DNA of 64,000 nucleotides, taken from positions 19,764-83,763 of the forward strand of contig CAUQZC010000011.1 of assembly GCA_963522565.1 (NCBI GenBank), read 5' to 3'. This stretch comes from an uncultured Brevundimonas sp. (GTDB lineage Bacteria > Pseudomonadota > Alphaproteobacteria > Caulobacterales > Caulobacteraceae). Of the stretch, positions 28,975 to 38,193 are shown one piece after another (within the stretch, counting starts at the first letter, position 1; each line of letters begins with the position of its first letter). A program made the position numbers and the translations under genes. The notes under the pieces were generated by a model, which had not been told where the DNA came from, searched no databases, and was given only the letters and a program-made list of their open reading frames with translations.

Positions 28975-30732
28975 ATGGCCGAAGACGCCATCGAAGGCGG
29001 TGCGGAAAACGCCCGCCAGGAAGCCATCATCGACAATCTGCCGCCGATCGAGGCGCTGCAGTCGGTCGAACGCGAGGTCATGGAGTATGATGTCGTCATC
29101 GTCGGCGGCGGCCCTGCGGGTCTGTCGGCCGCCATCCGCCTGAAACAGCGGGCGGAAAAAGACGGCAAGGAAATCAACGTCGCCGTGCTGGAAAAGGCGG
29201 CGGAAATCGGCGGCCACATCCTGTCGGGCGCCGTGATCGACCCCAAGGCGCTGAACGAGCTGTTCCCCGACTGGAAGGACCGCGGCGCGCCGCTGGAGAC
29301 CCCGGTCACGAAGGACAGGTTCCTGCTGCTGGGTCCGCAGGGAGAGGTGTCCCTGCCCATGCCGCTGATGCCGCCCTTCATGCACAATCACGGCTGCTAT
29401 ATCGCCTCGCTGGGAAATGTGACTCGCTGGCTGGGCGAACAGGCCGAGGCGCTGGGCGTCGAGGTCTATCCCGGCATGGCCGCCAGCCACGTCGTCTGGG
29501 ACGATGAGACGGGCCGTGTGAAGGGCGTCGTCGCTGGCGTCTTCGGCATCGACCGCGAGGGCAAGCCGACCGATGACTTCCAGCCGGGCATCGAACTGCA
29601 CGGCAAATATGTCTTCATCGCTGAAGGCGTGCGCGGTTCATTGGCCAAGACCATCATCGCCCGTCACAAGCTTCAGGACGGCAGGTCGCCCCAGAAATAC
29701 GGCATCGGCCTGAAGGAGCTGTGGCAGGTGCCCGCTGAACAGCACCAGCCCGGTCTGGCCCAGCACTCGACCGGCTGGCCGCTGGACGAGCACACCGGCG
29801 GCGGCAGCTTCCTGTATCATTTCGGCGACCGCTACGTGGCTGTCGGCTATGTGGTCCACCTGAACTACAAGAACCCGTTCCTGTCGCCGTTCGACGAGTT
29901 CCAGCGCTTCAAGCACCATCCCTCGGTCGCCCCGCATCTGGAAGGCGGCACGCGCATTTCGTATGGCGCGCGCGCCATCACCGAGGGCGGCCTGCAGTCG
30001 ATCCCCAAGCTGGCCTTCCCCGGCGGCGCGTTGATCGGCTGTTCGGCGGGCTTTGTGAACGTGCCGCGCATCAAGGGCAGCCATAACGCGATGAAGACCG
30101 GGATGCTGGCCGCCGACGCCGCCTATGAAGCGGTCCAGGCCGGGCGCGAGGGCGACGTGCTGAACGAATATCAGACCGCCTTCGAACGCAGCTGGGTCTA
30201 TAAGGAGCTGGCGCTGGTGCGGAACGCCAAACCGCTGCTCAGCAAGTTCGGCACCACCCTGGGCGGGGCGCTGGGCATGTTCGACATGTGGTGCCGCACC
30301 CTGCTGGGCGGCTGGTCGCCCATCCCGACGCTGAAGCACGAGAAGACGGACGCCGCCTCGACCGAGCTGGCGGCCAAGCACAAACCGATCGCCTATCCAA
30401 AGCCGGACGGCAAGCTGTCGTTCGACAAGCTGTCGTCGGTGTTCATCTCGAACACCAACCACGCCGAGGAACAGCCCGCGCACCTGAAGCTGCTGGACCC
30501 GTCCAAGCCGATCAAGGTCAACCTGCCCAAATACGGAGAACCGGCGCGGCTGTACTGCCCGGCGGGTGTCTATGAGGTGCTGTACGACGAGGACGGCCGG
30601 TCCAACCCGCGCTTCCAGATCAACGCCCAGAACTGCGTCCACTGCAAAACCTGCGACATCAAGGATCCGTCGCAGAACATCGTCTGGACCACGCCCGAAG
30701 GCGGCGGCGGCCCGAACTATCCGAATATGTGA
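28975..30732 (+). CDS. Electron transfer flavoprotein-ubiquinone oxidoreductase
   Basis: GGGPAGL, GHILSGA, YCPAGVYE, NCVHCKTCDIKD. Confidence 0.97.
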   Translation: MAEDAIEGGAENARQEAIIDNLPPIEALQSVEREVMEYDVVIVGGGPAGLSAAIRLKQRAEKDGKEINVAVLEKAAEIGGHILSGAVIDPKALNELFPDWKDRGAPLETPVTKDRFLLLGPQGEVSLPMPLMPPFMHNHGCYIASLGNVTRWLGEQAEALGVEVYPGMAASHVVWDDETGRVKGVVAGVFGIDREGKPTDDFQPGIELHGKYVFIAEGVRGSLAKTIIARHKLQDGRSPQKYGIGLKELWQVPAEQHQPGLAQHSTGWPLDEHTGGGSFLYHFGDRYVAVGYVVHLNYKNPFLSPFDEFQRFKHHPSVAPHLEGGTRISYGARAITEGGLQSIPKLAFPGGALIGCSAGFVNVPRIKGSHNAMKTGMLAADAAYEAVQAGREGDVLNEYQTAFERSWVYKELALVRNAKPLLSKFGTTLGGALGMFDMWCRTLLGGWSPIPTLKHEKTDAASTELAAKHKPIAYPKPDGKLSFDKLSSVFISNTNHAEEQPAHLKLLDPSKPIKVNLPKYGEPARLYCPAGVYEVLYDEDGRSNPRFQINAQNCVHCKTCDIKDPSQNIVWTTPEGGGGPNYPNM

Positions 30733-30800
30733 GACAAACCGGGCAGGGGGCGAACGATCCGCCCCTTGCCCGGCGCATGAAAACCGTGAAGGGTCGGCGG

Positions 30801-32636
30801 ATGACCACCTGCCGTTCGCGCCTGTTCGCCGCCTCTCTCACCGTTCTCGCCCTGGCGCTCGCCGGGCAGGCCGTGGCGCAGGAAGCCCCTGCCGTCCCTG
30901 CGCAAGCTGAGCCGGCGCAAGCCGAACCCTTTGATCCGGCTGTCGCTCCGACGGACGAGGAAGAGCCGGTCCCTCACATCATCATCGCCGAAACCAGGCC
31001 GCCGATCCCTGAGGTCTGGGCGCCGATCCCGACGGATGCGATGGGCCGCAGCGCCTATGGTCTGTATCTGGCTGGTCGTCTGGCCTTGATGCGGGGGGAC
31101 GGGGACATCGGGGCTGGCTTGCTGGCGCGCGCCAACGAACTGGCGCCGGAGCAACCGCGGGTGCGCGAGCAGGCCTTCACCTCCGCCCTTCTGACCGGCG
31201 ACATGGATGTGGCGGCCCGTCTGGCCCCCGCTGCTGGGTCGGCGTCCCCCGCCTTTGTCGAGGGCGGGCGTCTGGTGCGGGCGGTGCAGGATTTCGTCCA
31301 TGGCCATCCGGCGGCGGCCAATGCGGCCCTGGAGATGCAGCCCATCGGCGTGCCGCACGCGCGGGCTGGACTGATGGTGTCGCCCTGGATCGCTGCGGCG
31401 GCGGGCGACTGGGCCCGCGCCCTGGCGCCGGTCCCGACCGCTGGCGACGCCCTGACCCTGTCCTTCGCCCGTCAGAACCGGGCCATGCTGCTGGAGCGCC
31501 GTCGCGACTACGCCGAGGCCGAGGTCGAGCTGAAGACCCTGTCGGAAATCCCCTCGGTCGGCATTCTGTTCAAACGCCCCTATGGCGAGTTCCTTGAGCG
31601 GCGCGGGCGGGCGGACGAGGCCAAGGCGGTCTATGAAGCCGCCGCCACCGGCCCAAACGCCGATTTCGGCGCGTTGCGGGCGCTGGAGCGGATGCGCAAT
31701 CGGGGGCGTCCGCCTGCCTTGCCGACGTTGCGTGAAGGCGCCGCCGAAGCCCTGACCTCAGCTGCAGCCCAGGCGGCGGCCGAGCGCGGCGCCGAGTTCG
31801 CCGCCGTTTATCTGCGTCTGGCGTTGAACCTGAGCGACAGCGGCTCGACGCGGCTTCAACTGGCCGGGGTGCTGGACCGAGCGGGACTGAAGGCGGCTTC
31901 GCGCGCCGCCCTGTCGCAGGTGGGGCCTAAGGATCCAGCCCTTTACGCCGCCGCCCGCGCGCAACTGGCCCTGAATCTGGAAGACAACAACCAGCCCGAC
32001 GAAGCCTTGGCCGCCCTGCGTCAGGCCGCCGCCGCCGCGCCGGAGGACCCTCGGATCGCTCTGATTCTTTCCAGTCAGCTGACGCAGTTGAAACAGTATG
32101 ACGCGGCGCTGGCCCTGCTGAACGGCCCCTTGCTGAACACGGCGGATCAGGGCGCGCAGATCCATTTCCTGCGCGGCGCGGTGTTTGAGGCGCTGAACCG
32201 TGTCCCGGAAGCCGAGGCCGAGCTCTGGGCCGCGCTTCAGCAGGATCCCGAAAACGCCAATACGCTGAATTATCTGGGCTACCTCTGGGTGGACAAGGGG
32301 CTGCGTGTCGAACAGGGGGCCGAGATGATCGCCCGCGCCCATGCGCTGGAGCCCGAGAACGGCAATATCCAGGACAGCCTGGGCTGGGCTCAGTTCAAGC
32401 AAGGGCAGTTCACGGTCGCCGTCGAAACCCTGGAGCAGGCGGTCGACAAGGAGCCCGCAAACGCCGAGATCAATGATCATCTGGGCGACGCCTACTGGCG
32501 CGTAGGGCGCGAGCGCGAGGCCCGCTGGCTGTGGAGCCGTGTCCTCACCCTTGATCCCGACGCCGAGCGCAAGGCCGAGGTCGAGCGCAAACTTGAGGAC
32601 GGTCTGAACGCCGCTGTCAGCGGCGCGTCGCAGTAG
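30801..32636 (+). CDS. Exported tetratricopeptide repeat protein
   Basis: Signal peptide; LNYLGY, DSLGW, INDHLGDAYW; conserved position between etfQO and ispE. Confidence 0.9.
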   Translation: MTTCRSRLFAASLTVLALALAGQAVAQEAPAVPAQAEPAQAEPFDPAVAPTDEEEPVPHIIIAETRPPIPEVWAPIPTDAMGRSAYGLYLAGRLALMRGDGDIGAGLLARANELAPEQPRVREQAFTSALLTGDMDVAARLAPAAGSASPAFVEGGRLVRAVQDFVHGHPAAANAALEMQPIGVPHARAGLMVSPWIAAAAGDWARALAPVPTAGDALTLSFARQNRAMLLERRRDYAEAEVELKTLSEIPSVGILFKRPYGEFLERRGRADEAKAVYEAAATGPNADFGALRALERMRNRGRPPALPTLREGAAEALTSAAAQAAAERGAEFAAVYLRLALNLSDSGSTRLQLAGVLDRAGLKAASRAALSQVGPKDPALYAAARAQLALNLEDNNQPDEALAALRQAAAAAPEDPRIALILSSQLTQLKQYDAALALLNGPLLNTADQGAQIHFLRGAVFEALNRVPEAEAELWAALQQDPENANTLNYLGYLWVDKGLRVEQGAEMIARAHALEPENGNIQDSLGWAQFKQGQFTVAVETLEQAVDKEPANAEINDHLGDAYWRVGREREARWLWSRVLTLDPDAERKAEVERKLEDGLNAAVSGASQ

Positions 32637-32640
32637 ACCC

Positions 32641-33510
32641 ATGTCGATCCAGGCCCTGGCTCCAGCCAAGATCAATCTGTTCCTGCATGTGGGGGCGGTG
32701 GACGCCGAGAACTATCATCCGTTGTCCAGTCTGGTCGCCTTCGCCGATGTCGGCGACCTGGTGACGGTGGAGCGGGCGGACCGGCTGTCGCTGACCGTCA
32801 CCGGCCGGTTCGGCGCAGGCCTGGCGGCGGAGCCTGACAACCTGATCCTGCGCGCCCTGCGTCGTTTGGGGCAGGCGACCGGCATGGGCGAACCGCCTCT
32901 GAAGGTCACGCTGGACAAGCGCCTGCCCATCGCGGCCGGACTGGGCGGCGGGTCGTCCGACGCCGGGGCCGCTCTCAAGCTGGCCCGGCAAGCCCTGTCG
33001 CTGGACGTGTCGGACGAAGCGCTGGAGGCCGTTGCGGGCGTCATCGGCGCCGACGGCCCCATGTGTCTGCGCGCCCGCACCGCCTGGGCCGAGGGCAGGG
33101 GAGAGGTTCTGACCGGCGAGCCGCGCCTGCCGCCGCTGCCCGTAGTGCTGTTCAATCCGGGCGTTCCTTCCCCGACGGGCGCCGTCTATCGCGCCTATGA
33201 CGCGGGGCCGGTTCAGAATGCGGATCGTCCGGTGCGGCCGTTGGAATGGTCGGTGGAGGGGGTGATCGACTGGCTGGCGGGGTTGAGGAACGACCTGCAG
33301 CCGCCCGCCATCGTTTTGACGCCCGCCATCGGGGACGCGCTGGATGCGGTCGCCAAGACGCCCGGCGTGGCCCTGGCGCGCATGTCTGGTTCCGGCGCCA
33401 CCATCTTCGGCCTTTGCCGCACTCAGGGCGATGCGGATGCAGCCGCGGCGGCTCTGTCGGAAGCACGTCCCGACGCATGGGTCCAGTCCACCCGTCTAGC
33501 CTCACAGTAA
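32641..33510 (+). CDS. ispE: 4-diphosphocytidyl-2-C-methyl-D-erythritol kinase
   Basis: APAKINLFLHV, PIAAGLGGGSSD, RMSGSGAT. Confidence 0.96.
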   Translation: MSIQALAPAKINLFLHVGAVDAENYHPLSSLVAFADVGDLVTVERADRLSLTVTGRFGAGLAAEPDNLILRALRRLGQATGMGEPPLKVTLDKRLPIAAGLGGGSSDAGAALKLARQALSLDVSDEALEAVAGVIGADGPMCLRARTAWAEGRGEVLTGEPRLPPLPVVLFNPGVPSPTGAVYRAYDAGPVQNADRPVRPLEWSVEGVIDWLAGLRNDLQPPAIVLTPAIGDALDAVAKTPGVALARMSGSGATIFGLCRTQGDADAAAAALSEARPDAWVQSTRLASQ

Positions 33511-33721
33511 GCTGTAAGATTTGTGGCTGAATACGGGCCGCATCCCAGCTTTGCAGGGCCGTTTCGCCCCCTTCTCGCCTAGATCATCACAAAAGTTTCA
33601 GGTTGTTTCAATTTTTCGGAACCGTATCGCCGGCGACCGATTGGATGGGGCAGTTCCGATGACTGGAACGGCTCGTCTCCTCCCCGGCAACGATCCTCAA
33701 ACAGAAAAAGGATACCCAGCC

Positions 33722-34438
33722 ATGCTACGTGCAAAACTGCTTGCCGCAACTGCTGTCGCCACCTTGATTGCTGCTCCGGCCTTCGCTCAGGAAGCCGCAC
33801 AACCCGCTCCGACAGAAGCCGCCGCCGCGACCCAGGCTGCTGAAGCCGCCGCAACCCCTGCCGCAGAAGGCACCGTCGTGGACGTGCTGAAGTCCAGCGG
33901 CCAGTTCACCACCCTGCTGTCCGCGCTGGATCAGGCGCAACTGACCGACACCCTGCAATCGCGCCCGGCCATTTCGATTTTCGCCCCGACTGACGCCGCC
34001 TTCGCCGCCATGCCGGAGGCCGAGCGCACCCGCCTGCTGGATCCGGCCAACGCCAATGAGCTGCGTCAGGTTCTGCTGTATCACGTGATCGTCGCCGATG
34101 TTTCGCCCGACCAGATCGAAGGCAAGAAGGGCGGCGTTCCGACCGCTTCGGAAGCCCAGATCCTGCTGGACGGCACGGGCTCGGCCATCAAGGCGGACAA
34201 CGCCACCGTGGTCAGCGCTGAACTTGACGCCTCCAACGGCGCCGTCTTCCCGATCGATACGGTGCTGAACCCGGCCAACTCGATGGCCGCCATGGGTGAT
34301 GAGGAAGCCGTTCCCGCTGCTGACGCCGCCCCGGCCGAAGCGGCTCCTGCCGCGACCGAGGCGACCGATCCGTCGGCCACGCCGCCCGTCGAATCCCCTG
34401 ACCCCGCCACGGAACAGACCGATCCCACGCCGCAATAA
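33722..34438 (+). CDS. Fasciclin (FAS1) domain exported protein
   Basis: Signal peptide; FAPTDAAF, LLYHV, ASNGAVFPIDTVL. Confidence 0.9.
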   Translation: MLRAKLLAATAVATLIAAPAFAQEAAQPAPTEAAAATQAAEAAATPAAEGTVVDVLKSSGQFTTLLSALDQAQLTDTLQSRPAISIFAPTDAAFAAMPEAERTRLLDPANANELRQVLLYHVIVADVSPDQIEGKKGGVPTASEAQILLDGTGSAIKADNATVVSAELDASNGAVFPIDTVLNPANSMAAMGDEEAVPAADAAPAEAAPAATEATDPSATPPVESPDPATEQTDPTPQ

Positions 34439-34481
34439 TCGCGGTTGAATGAAACACGCTCGCTTGGGTGTGTTGAAGCGG

Positions 34482-34515
34482 AAGGCGGCGGGCCCTATGG
34501 TCCGCCGTCTTTTTT
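34482..34515 (+). terminator. Rho-independent terminator
   Basis: GC hairpin with CTAT loop followed by a T-tract. Confidence 0.7.
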
Positions 34516-34536
34516 ACAGCCCCTTCCGAGCCCGAT

Positions 34537-35430
34537 TTGAGCACCTCGACTGAACCGCTCGCGTTTCAGGACCTGATCCTGACGCTCCACCGCTATTGGA
34601 GCGAGCAGGGCTGCGCCATCCTGCAACCCTATGACATCGAGGTCGGAGCCGGCACGCTCCACCCCGCCACCGTGCTGCGCGCGCTTGGGCCAAAGCCGTG
34701 GAAGGCCGCCTATGTCCAGCCTAGCCGCCGCCCCGGCGACGGCCGCTATGGCGAGAACCCCAACCGGCTGCAGCATTATTATCAGTATCAGGTGATCCTG
34801 AAGCCGAACCCGGACAACCTTCAGGAACTGTATCTGGGGTCGCTGGCCGCCATCGGCATCGATCCGAAGCTGCACGACATCCGCTTCGTCGAGGACGACT
34901 GGGAAAACCCCACCGTCGGCGCCTGGGGCCTGGGCTGGGAGGTCTGGTGCGACGGGATGGAGGTGACGCAGTTCACCTATTTCCAGGGCGTCGGCGGCAT
35001 CGAGGTGGACGTGGTCTCGGGCGAACTGACCTACGGGCTGGAGCGTCTGGCCATGTACGTCCAGGGCGTCGACAATGTGTACGACCTGAAGTTCACCAAG
35101 GAGGGCCTGACCTATGGCGAGGTCTTCCTGGAGAACGAGCGGCAACAGTCCGAGGCCAACTTCCACGGCTATGATGTCGACGGTCTGAAGCGCCGGTTCG
35201 AGGATATGGTCGCCGAGGTGTCGCGCCTGTTGGCCATGACCGGACCGCAGGGCCAGCCGCTGGTCCTGCCCGCCTATGACCAGGTGCTGAAGGCCAGCCA
35301 CCTGTTCAACCTGATGGATGCGCGCGGCGCCATCGCCGTGGCCGAACGCCAAAGCTATATCGGCCGCATCCGCGAACTCTGCAAAGCCTGCGCCCTCGCT
35401 TACGTTGAACAAGAGCGGAAAACCGCCTGA
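34537..35430 (+). CDS. glyQ: Glycyl-tRNA synthetase alpha subunit
   Basis: [40 protein letters not shown] start. Confidence 0.98.
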   Translation: MSTSTEPLAFQDLILTLHRYWSEQGCAILQPYDIEVGAGTLHPATVLRALGPKPWKAAYVQPSRRPGDGRYGENPNRLQHYYQYQVILKPNPDNLQELYLGSLAAIGIDPKLHDIRFVEDDWENPTVGAWGLGWEVWCDGMEVTQFTYFQGVGGIEVDVVSGELTYGLERLAMYVQGVDNVYDLKFTKEGLTYGEVFLENERQQSEANFHGYDVDGLKRRFEDMVAEVSRLLAMTGPQGQPLVLPAYDQVLKASHLFNLMDARGAIAVAERQSYIGRIRELCKACALAYVEQERKTA

Positions 35431-37682
35431 TGCCCCAACTCCTCCTCGAAATCTTCTCCGAAGAAATCCCCGCCCGGATGCAGCAGGGCGCCGCGCGCGA
35501 TCTGGAGCGTATGGCGACCGAGCGTCTGAAGGCGGCGGGCCTGACCTGGGACGCGCTGACCACCTATGCGGGGCCGCGCCGCCTGACGCTGGTGGTGGAC
35601 GGCCTGCCCGCCGCCACGCCCGACCGCGAGGACGAGATGAAGGGGCCGAAAGCCTCGGCGCCCGAACAGGCGCTGGAAGGATTCCTGCGAAAGACCGGCC
35701 TGACCCGCGATCAACTGGTCGAGCGTGACGGCGTCCTGTTCGCGGTCATCAGCCAGCAGGGCCAGGCCACGCCAGGTCTGATCCCCGGCATGGTCGATCA
35801 GATCATCCGCAGCTTCCCCTGGCCCAAGTCGATGCGCTGGGGTTCCGGCACGCTGCGCTGGGTGCGGCCGATCAAGCGCATCCTGTGCATCTTCGACGGG
35901 GCGGTGGTTCCGTTCGAGGTCGACGGCATTCCGTCCGACGCCCTGACCGAGGGGCATCGTTTCCTGGGATCGGGCGCGCCCTTCGCGGTCAGCGACTTCG
36001 TCGATTACCGCCACAAGCTGGAGCGCGAGCACGTCCTGATCGACGTGGCGGACCGCAAGCTGCGTATTCTGGAACAGGCCAGGGGCGCCTGCGCCGCCAA
36101 GGGGCTGTCGCTGGTCGACGACGACGGCCTGCTGGACGAGGTGGCGGGTCTGGCCGAATGGCCGACGCCGATCCTGGGCGACATGGACCCGCAGTTCCTG
36201 GCCCTGCCGCCGGAAGTCGTGCGTCTGTCGATGAAGGTGCACCAGAAGTATTTCGCCGTGCGCGATCCGGCGCGCGAGGGCCCAGATTCTTCAGGAAAAT
36301 TGGCGCCCAACTTCCTGGTCGTCGCCAATGTCGAGGCGACCGACGGCGGCAAGGCCCTGGCCGCCGGCAACAGCCGCGTGCTGAGCGCCCGCCTGAACGA
36401 CGCCCGCTTCTTCTGGGACGAGGATCAGAAGGTCGGCTTCGACGCCTGGAACGCCAAATTGTCCGGCGTCACATTCCACGCCAAACTGGGCACATTGGCC
36501 GAGCGTGTGGATCGCATCGCCGCCCTGGCCCGCGAGATCGCCCCTCTGGTCGGCGCCGACGCCGATCAGGCGGAAACCGCCGCCCGCCTGTCCAAGGCCG
36601 ATCTGGCCAGCGGCATGGTGGGCGAGTTCCCGGAACTGCAGGGCGTCATGGGCGGATACTACGCCCGTCTGGCGGGCCAGCCCGACGCCGTCGCCGACGC
36701 CATCCGCGATCACTACAAGCCGCAAGGCCCCGCCGACACGGTCCCGACCGCGCCGGTCACGGTCGCGGTGGCCTTGGCCGACAAGTTGGACACCCTGGTC
36801 GGCTTCTTCGCCATCGACGAAAAGCCCACGGGTTCGAAGGACCCGTTCGCGCTGCGCCGCGCGGCGCTGGGCGTGATCCGGTTGGTGTTGGAGAATGGAG
36901 TTCGCATACGCCTGAACGCGACGGTCCAGGGTGCCTACCGTGGCATCTGGGAAACTGCGATGAGTAGGGGCTACGTCGCGCAAGTATGGCGTCGCTATAC
37001 CGAGCAATATTCAGGTGTGAACACGGTTTGGCTCTTCAAGGAAGAAAAGGCGCGTGGAGATCACAGTTTCACAACGCTTAGTGCTCAACCGCTCTTGGTT
37101 CAGGAGGTGGCTTCTGGGAATTATGGGCGGGCACGACTGGAGTTGGAAGATGAGGTCGAAGATGATTTTTCGGCTTTCATTTCCGACCGCCTGACCGTCC
37201 TCCTGCGGGACCAAGGCCAACGTCACGACCTCGTCGCCGCCGTCTTCGCTCTGGGCGACGACGATCTGGTCCGCATTGTGCGTCGGGTGGAGGCGCTGGC
37301 CGCTTTCCTCGCCACCGACGACGGGGTCAATCTGTTGGCGGGGTACAAGCGCGCCTCCAACATCCTGCGCGCCGAAGAGAAGAAGGGGCCTGTGCCGACG
37401 GGCATGGTCCAGACGGGCCTGCCGAACCAGCCCGAGCCGGAGACGGCCCTGGCCTTCGCCGTCGGCGCGGCCCGGACCGCCGTGGACGCCGCGCTGGAGA
37501 CCGAGGACTTCGCCGCCGCCATGACGGCGCTGGCGCAGTTGCGCGCGCCGGTGGACGCCTTCTTCACGCACGTTCTGGTCAACTCTGACGTCGCCGAAGA
37601 GCGCGACAACCGCCTGAAGCTGCTGGGTCAGGTCCGTGACGTGATGGGCAAGGTCGCCGATTTCGGCCAGATCGCGGGGTAG
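35430..37682 (+). CDS. glyS: Glycyl-tRNA synthetase beta subunit with a low-GC in-frame insertion
   Basis: LLEIFSEEIPA, KSMRW, MVGEFPELQG, TGSKDPFALRR, NRLKLL; 750 aa. Confidence 0.97.
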   Translation: MPQLLLEIFSEEIPARMQQGAARDLERMATERLKAAGLTWDALTTYAGPRRLTLVVDGLPAATPDREDEMKGPKASAPEQALEGFLRKTGLTRDQLVERDGVLFAVISQQGQATPGLIPGMVDQIIRSFPWPKSMRWGSGTLRWVRPIKRILCIFDGAVVPFEVDGIPSDALTEGHRFLGSGAPFAVSDFVDYRHKLEREHVLIDVADRKLRILEQARGACAAKGLSLVDDDGLLDEVAGLAEWPTPILGDMDPQFLALPPEVVRLSMKVHQKYFAVRDPAREGPDSSGKLAPNFLVVANVEATDGGKALAAGNSRVLSARLNDARFFWDEDQKVGFDAWNAKLSGVTFHAKLGTLAERVDRIAALAREIAPLVGADADQAETAARLSKADLASGMVGEFPELQGVMGGYYARLAGQPDAVADAIRDHYKPQGPADTVPTAPVTVAVALADKLDTLVGFFAIDEKPTGSKDPFALRRAALGVIRLVLENGVRIRLNATVQGAYRGIWETAMSRGYVAQVWRRYTEQYSGVNTVWLFKEEKARGDHSFTTLSAQPLLVQEVASGNYGRARLELEDEVEDDFSAFISDRLTVLLRDQGQRHDLVAAVFALGDDDLVRIVRRVEALAAFLATDDGVNLLAGYKRASNILRAEEKKGPVPTGMVQTGLPNQPEPETALAFAVGAARTAVDAALETEDFAAAMTALAQLRAPVDAFFTHVLVNSDVAEERDNRLKLLGQVRDVMGKVADFGQIAG

Positions 37683-37847
37683 GTCTATTCCAACACCGTC
37701 ATTCCGGGGCGCCCGTAGGGCGAACCCGGAACCCAGGAGGCGGGCGTCCAGCATCGAGTGCGTCAAACAGCGCGAATGTAGTCCTGGGTTCCGGGTTCTT
37801 CGCTGCGCTCAGCCCCGGAATGACGAAAGAGTTCGGGGCGTTGAATG
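37680..37847. mobile_element. Family A element at glyS stop (right end truncated)
   Basis: Begins at the glyS TAG; CGTCATTCCGGGGC...GCCCCGGAATGACG core; ends at TGAATG. Confidence 0.8.
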
Positions 37848-37961
37848 CACGTTCTGGTCAACTCCGACGTCGCCGAAGAGCGTGACAACCGCCTGAAGCT
37901 GCTGGGTCAGGTCCGCGAAGTGATGGGCAAGGTCGCCGACTTCGGCCAGATCGCGGGGTAG
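37847..37961 (+). pseudogene. Duplicated 3' end of glyS (37 codons plus TAG)
   Basis: Copy of 37568-37682 at a 279-bp period with 5 third-position differences. Confidence 0.9.
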
Positions 37962-38130
37962 GTCTATTCCAACACCGTCATTCCGGGGCGCCCGTAGGGC
38001 GAACCCGGAACCCAGGAGGCGGGCGTCCAGCGTCGAGTGCGTCAAACAGCGCGAATGTAGTCCTGGGTTGGCTGCTACGCGCCGCCCTTCGGGTCCGGGT
38101 TCTTCGCTCTGCTCAGCCCCGGAATGACGA
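37959..38130. mobile_element. Family A element, second post-glyS copy with a 25-nt insert
   Basis: Near-identical to 37680-37826 plus an insert at 38070-38094. Confidence 0.8.
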
Positions 38131-38193
38131 GCTGAGACGTTAACATGGGGCGTTTTGCTTCCCCTTCCTTACCGCCAGGCCTAAAGCCCGGCC

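Noticed and set aside
36891..37185. Intein or group I/II intron in glyS
   Set aside because: Too short; no C/S...HN splice residues, endonuclease motifs or intron termini; frame is continuous.
37568..38130. CRISPR array or prophage att site
   Set aside because: Only two long units, no short repeat-spacer pattern, and no cas or integrase genes or cargo between the copies.
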